This document shows, piece after piece, positions 46,520 through 49,942 of a stretch of DNA of 49,942 nucleotides. Source of the stretch: a virus (lineage: Duplodnaviria; Caudoviricetes); the IMG/VR virus record IMGVR_UViG_3300044272_002383, positions 1 through 49,942 of that record. The stretch is one strand, 5' to 3'. Made by a program: the position numbers and the translations under genes. Numbering within the stretch: position 1 is the stretch's first letter; the number at the start of each line of letters is the position of its first letter. The notes beneath the pieces are model-generated. The model had not been told where the DNA came from. It was given only the letters and a program-made list of their open reading frames with translations, and did not search any database.

Positions 46520-47215
46520 ATGAAAACAGGATTTAAAAAATACGACTCATCATATAAACGAAAAGAATCACCTTTTACTAGAATAGGTGGTATGGGTATA
46601 TCAAATATTCCAAGCCAAAATCTAACAGATGATCAAAAAGACAGATCTAAGCTTCCGTTAAGTAGAAGCAAAGAAAGAAAAAAAGCAGATGCTGAAAAGA
46701 TTTTAGCACGAGCTAAAGGACAACTAATTAAAAGAGCTGAAAGAAAAGAAAGTAAAGCAGCAAAAAGAAGAGAACAAGGTAGAGAAGTATCTGCAGCTAG
46801 AAAAACAAGAAAAGCTACTAAATTAAGAAAGAGAGCTGATGAGCTTAAAGCTGATAAATTTTATGGTATGCAACCCGGGCCGTTTAAATCTAAAAAACTT
46901 TTAAAAAAAGTATCTAGTCAATTAAAAGCTGCTAGTAAAAAGCACGCTGGCCAAGCTGCTAAAATAGATAAAGCTACTAGTGCAATGAAATCTAAGCATG
47001 GGTCCAAGTTAAAGCGAAAAAAAACACTAGTAGGGCCTAATGACAAACTAAAGAAATTTCGCTCCCAAGGAGGAGCAGCAGCACCTATGAAAAAAATTAG
47101 TGGTCCTTGTAAAGCAGCTGCTAAACGTAAGTTTAAAGTATGGCCAAGTGCTTATGCTTCTGGTTGGGGTGTTCGTTGTACTAAAGCTGGTGGACCAAGT
47201 AAATTCGGTGGATAA
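46520..47215 (+). CDS. basic tagged protein with C-terminal KVWPSAYASG module
   Basis: 231 aa; N-terminal GFKKYDSSYKRKESPFT; internal GPFK, SAMK and APMK motifs. Confidence 0.8.
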   Translation: MKTGFKKYDSSYKRKESPFTRIGGMGISNIPSQNLTDDQKDRSKLPLSRSKERKKADAEKILARAKGQLIKRAERKESKAAKRREQGREVSAARKTRKATKLRKRADELKADKFYGMQPGPFKSKKLLKKVSSQLKAASKKHAGQAAKIDKATSAMKSKHGSKLKRKKTLVGPNDKLKKFRSQGGAAAPMKKISGPCKAAAKRKFKVWPSAYASGWGVRCTKAGGPSKFGG

Positions 47216-47502
47216 TGGCTATATACAGATCAACACCTGCTAAGAAAAAGAAAACATCTAAGTCAATTACTTGGCATGACTCAGATGCACCTGATGCTAA
47301 AGGTAAGTTCAAAGAGCTTGCACCTGATGCACTAGCATCGTGGCTTATTAAAACTAGAAGAGGTAACTTATCTAAAATAATAAGCAGTCTAAATCAACAG
47401 TATGTTTTTAATAGACAAAAAAATCCTAGCTATGCTCGTAAAATGAAAACAGTTATGAATATAGTTAGAAAACGTTTAGGTAAAAAGAAAGATGGCAAGT
47501 AA
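47215..47502 (+). CDS. small basic hypothetical protein
   Basis: 95 aa; starts MAIYRSTPAKKK. Confidence 0.75.
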   Translation: MAIYRSTPAKKKKTSKSITWHDSDAPDAKGKFKELAPDALASWLIKTRRGNLSKIISSLNQQYVFNRQKNPSYARKMKTVMNIVRKRLGKKKDGK

Positions 47503-47959
47503 AGCTTATAGAGGTGTATTAAAAGCTAGAATATCAAAGTTATATGGTGGTGATGTTACTGTAAGTAAAGCTAGAAAATTAAAAGCTAGACGTGATGCAA
47601 CTAACAGAGATAAACAACTAGCAAACTGGTTTATTAATATGCAAACAAACAGACCTTCACCAAATAAAAAACGTAAAGATCCAAAGGTTGGTACAGGTAA
47701 AAAACCTAAAGGTAGTAGCAGAAGACTATATACTGATGAAAACCCAAAAGATACAATGAGTATTAGGTTTGCATCACCAGCAGATGCTAAAGCAACTGTA
47801 GTTAAAGTTTTAAAATCAAGCTACCCTTATGCTAGAAAGATGCAGATACTAACTGTATTAGAACAAAGATCTAAATATTCTAAAAGTCCTAAGCGTGAAC
47901 AAGTTGCTATAGCTAGAAAAGGTAAAGAAAGACTTAGAAGAACTAAAAAAGATGTTTAA
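47492..47959 (+). CDS. basic hypothetical protein (RLYTDENPKDT module)
   Basis: 155 aa; two modules joined at PSPNKK. Confidence 0.75.
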   Translation: MASKAYRGVLKARISKLYGGDVTVSKARKLKARRDATNRDKQLANWFINMQTNRPSPNKKRKDPKVGTGKKPKGSSRRLYTDENPKDTMSIRFASPADAKATVVKVLKSSYPYARKMQILTVLEQRSKYSKSPKREQVAIARKGKERLRRTKKDV

Positions 47960-48518
47960 AAATTTTAATATAAGTAAATTTAAAAAAATGAAACCACCTG
48001 CAGATAACTCATTTACAACGATGCAGGAAATAAAACATATTAAGTCTATACCTATGGACGTAGCTAATGTTAAAAAGTATGATGATATTGAAAAAACGTT
48101 CGCTGAAGTAGCGTATAAAAATAATATAAAAGACTATGACTCTGATTTAGTAGGTAATTTAATAGAACAATCATCACCTATTATACTTAAATTAAAGAAA
48201 CACTTTAATAGACCAAGACCAAAAGTTATAGCAAAAAAGATGGGAATAAAAATGAAAGACTATGAAATGACGTCAATGAAAACAGCTTCATACCCATCAG
48301 GTCACTCAGCTCAAGGAATATTAATTGGTAGAGTACTTGCAGCTAAATATCCTAAGGCAGCTAAACAATTTATAAGCGCTGGCGATAAGATATCAAAGAG
48401 TAGAAATATAGCGAAAGCTCATTATAAATCAGATAGCAAAATGGGTGAGAAGCTAGGTAATGAATTATATAATCACATAAAACAAAAACAAAATGAGAAA
48501 AGGTCCAATGAAGCTTAA
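47952..48518 (+). CDS. PAP2-superfamily phosphatase
   Basis: All three motifs present: KKHFNRPRP, SYPSGH, SRNIAKAHYKSD. Confidence 0.88.
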   Translation: MFKNFNISKFKKMKPPADNSFTTMQEIKHIKSIPMDVANVKKYDDIEKTFAEVAYKNNIKDYDSDLVGNLIEQSSPIILKLKKHFNRPRPKVIAKKMGIKMKDYEMTSMKTASYPSGHSAQGILIGRVLAAKYPKAAKQFISAGDKISKSRNIAKAHYKSDSKMGEKLGNELYNHIKQKQNEKRSNEA

Positions 48519-48984
48519 AAAAGCTTCACCAAAAAAGATGGGGCATAAGTCACCAGCTAAAATGAAAAAAGGCGCTGCAATGAAAATGAAAAAAGGTGCA
48601 GCAATGAAGATGAAAAAAGCTTCAGCAATGAAACGTCCATTAACAGCTAAACAAAAAAAGCTACCTAAAAAATTACAGGAAGCTATATTAGCAGCACCAA
48701 CTAAAATGTTAAAAGCATCTGCTATGAAGTTGATGCCTAAGTCTGCTATGAAAAAAGTAAAAGGTCTTGAAATGGGTCCAGGTACTGTAACTAAAAGGAA
48801 GACTGCAATGACTATGAAAGAAAAAGCAGCTATGAAAATGAAGAAAGCATCTGCTATGAAGAAAAAACCAGGTGAACGTAAGAACGTAAAAAACTTACCT
48901 AAAACTAAGCCTCATGGTCCAGGAAGAAAAGCTCCTAAAAAAGGAGAGCGCATTAACTTACGTGGATATGACTTTTTTAGATAA
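48493..48984 (+). CDS. histone-H1-like K/A/M-rich repeat protein
   Basis: Repeats KMKKGAAM and KMKKASAM; SPKK and SPAK motifs. Confidence 0.8.
   Translation: MRKGPMKLKKASPKKMGHKSPAKMKKGAAMKMKKGAAMKMKKASAMKRPLTAKQKKLPKKLQEAILAAPTKMLKASAMKLMPKSAMKKVKGLEMGPGTVTKRKTAMTMKEKAAMKMKKASAMKKKPGERKNVKNLPKTKPHGPGRKAPKKGERINLRGYDFFR
48559..48630 (+). repeat. three tandem 24-nt coding repeats
   Basis: aaaatgaaaaaaggcgctgcaatg / aaaatgaaaaaaggtgcagcaatg / aagatgaaaaaagcttcagcaatg. Confidence 0.85.
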
Positions 48985-48986
48985 TA

Positions 48987-49265
48987 ATGGCTTTTAAATT
49001 AAAAGGATTTACACCATTTACGAAACAAAAAGGCGGCGGTACAACTAAGACTTGTTTACCAGCCGCCAAAATTCGTGGTCTTAGTAAAGAGAAACGAAAA
49101 GAACTAGTTGCATCTAAACGTGCAGCTGGTGCAGCCGGAAAATATAAAAGATCTTCTAAGACCAATGTTAAAGGTGCTCGTAAAAAAGGAGCAACACTTC
49201 GCGACTGGTTTGAAAAAGAAGACTGGAGAAGAGTTGATGATCCTTCTAAAAAATGTGGAGAATAA
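48987..49265 (+). CDS. small basic tagged protein (MAFKLKGFTPFTK) with LRDWFEKEDW motif
   Basis: 92 aa. Confidence 0.8.
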   Translation: MAFKLKGFTPFTKQKGGGTTKTCLPAAKIRGLSKEKRKELVASKRAAGAAGKYKRSSKTNVKGARKKGATLRDWFEKEDWRRVDDPSKKCGE

Positions 49266-49266
49266 T

Positions 49267-49602
49267 ATGTTTAAAAGATACGACTCAAGTTATAAAAGAA
49301 ATGTATCACCTTTTACAAAGGCTGATCCTCGTAGAACTATAGGTAAAGGTAAAAACTTTAATCCTGTATCTAAAAATAAAAGTGCTACTGGTGGAGCTGC
49401 AGGAGGTGGTATGACTGAGAAAGGTGTAAAGGAATATAAACGTAATAATCCAGGAAGTAAATTGCAGACCGCTGTCACTACTAAACCATCTAAATTAAAG
49501 CCTGGTAGTAAAGCTGCTAAGCGTAGAAAATCATTTTGTGCTAGATCAAGAAGTTGGACTAGCGAAAGAGGTAAAGCAGCAAGAAGAAGATGGAATTGTT
49601 AA
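49267..49602 (+). CDS. basic tagged protein (MFKRYDSSYKRNVSPFTK) with RRKSFCAR..RRRWNC module (DUF6321-like)
   Basis: Likely ATG at 49267; GGMTEKGVKEY..NPGSKL..RRKSFCARS..W..ARRRWNC. Confidence 0.8.
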   Translation: MFKRYDSSYKRNVSPFTKADPRRTIGKGKNFNPVSKNKSATGGAAGGGMTEKGVKEYKRNNPGSKLQTAVTTKPSKLKPGSKAAKRRKSFCARSRSWTSERGKAARRRWNC

Positions 49603-49620
49603 TAAATAAAAATAAATAAT

Positions 49621-49704
49621 ATGTGTCCGTGTCCTATATGTACAACCGCTGCAATAGTTGGTTTAGTAATATTTAAAATAGTAAGAAAAAAAGGGAGCCG
49701 TTAA
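49621..49704 (+). CDS. 27-aa Cys-rich membrane peptide
   Basis: MCPCPICTTAAIVGLVIFKIVRKKGSR*; A-rich leader. Confidence 0.5.
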   Translation: MCPCPICTTAAIVGLVIFKIVRKKGSR

Positions 49705-49713
49705 GCTCCCTTT
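49690..49713. terminator. bidirectional intrinsic terminator
   Basis: AAAGGGAGC-CGTTAA-GCTCCCTTT with A/T flanks between convergent genes. Confidence 0.85.
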
Positions 49714-49718
49714 ATTAT

Positions 49719-49898
49719 TTAAGAATTTTTAATAGACTGTACTTCGTTTCTAACATCTTGTGCAGTGCTTTTTATAGTCTGCATATGTTTTCTTAGTCTT
49801 GTACCAGCTGCTTTATTTCCTATATTAAATTTCATAGTTTCTGTTTCAGCTTGTTCCATTTCATATTTCAATGTACTTATTAATTGTTCTAAACCCAT
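49719..49898 (-). CDS. histone H1-like Hc1-family nucleoid protein (Bacteroidota type)
   Basis: KFNIGNKAAGTRLRKHMQTIKSTAQDVR; likely ATG at 49898. Confidence 0.8.
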   Translation of the reverse strand: MGLEQLISTLKYEMEQAETETMKFNIGNKAAGTRLRKHMQTIKSTAQDVRNEVQSIKNS

Positions 49899-49942
49899 AT
49901 TATATATTATTAAATTAAACAACTTCACAGGCACCGCCATTT

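Noticed and set aside
49108-49266. N-terminal extensions given by the ORF track (49108, also 3247, 6604 and 49940)
   Set aside because: Most overlap upstream genes or use poor starts; downstream ATGs at 49267, 3280, 6634 and 49898 fit operon spacing and, for the first two, begin at the shared tag
1428-49478. Numerous minus-strand and alternative-frame ORFs in the track (e.g. 1428-1784, 3285-3857, 4954-5367, 7117-7326, 29913-30218, 46104-46442)
   Set aside because: They are shadows of well-supported plus-strand genes, with biased F/L/S composition and no motifs
1450-49704. Stop-codon reassignment as seen in some crAss-like phages
   Set aside because: Long genes are intact in the standard code, coding density is high, and TAG and TGA act as real stops (e.g. 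2405, 7074)

Overview
This window is about 50 kb of an AT-rich tailed-phage genome read with the standard genetic code. It is most consistent with a podovirus-like, crAss-related phage of aquatic Bacteroidota (Flavobacteria); this is inferred from the lack of Shine-Dalgarno sites, a Bacteroidota-type Hc1 protein and a T9SS-like C-terminal tail. Positions 1-1260 are the start of a minus-strand (probably early) region of small genes, with five copies of a conserved promoter-like motif, a structured tRNA-like stretch, an inverted repeat and a G-rich island. Positions 1450-49704 are one plus-strand late region: phage GroEL/GroES, holin, terminase, portal, scaffold, major capsid, tail ring and stabilisation proteins, ejection proteins, a 3279-aa multidomain virion protein, a DUF5675 lysin candidate, a host-envelope module and many small basic proteins. 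Three things stand out. (1) At least 11 otherwise unrelated, mostly K/R-rich proteins share an N-terminal tag (MA[FY]K[MQL][KR]G[FY]SPFT or FK[KR]YDSSYKRxxSPFT), and one HExxH protease carries a partial version, suggesting a capsid cargo-targeting and processing system. (2) The giant protein combines zincin, sigma-region-2-like, HAD and CCCH modules separated by recurrent [LN]FS[KR]D motifs, and may pair with the phage-specific promoter repeats. (3) A secreted-protein cassette encodes a beta-barrel, an LDLa-like protein with a T9SS-like tail and a thioredoxin fold lacking CxxC. All family assignments come from motif recognition by eye; no database searches were run.
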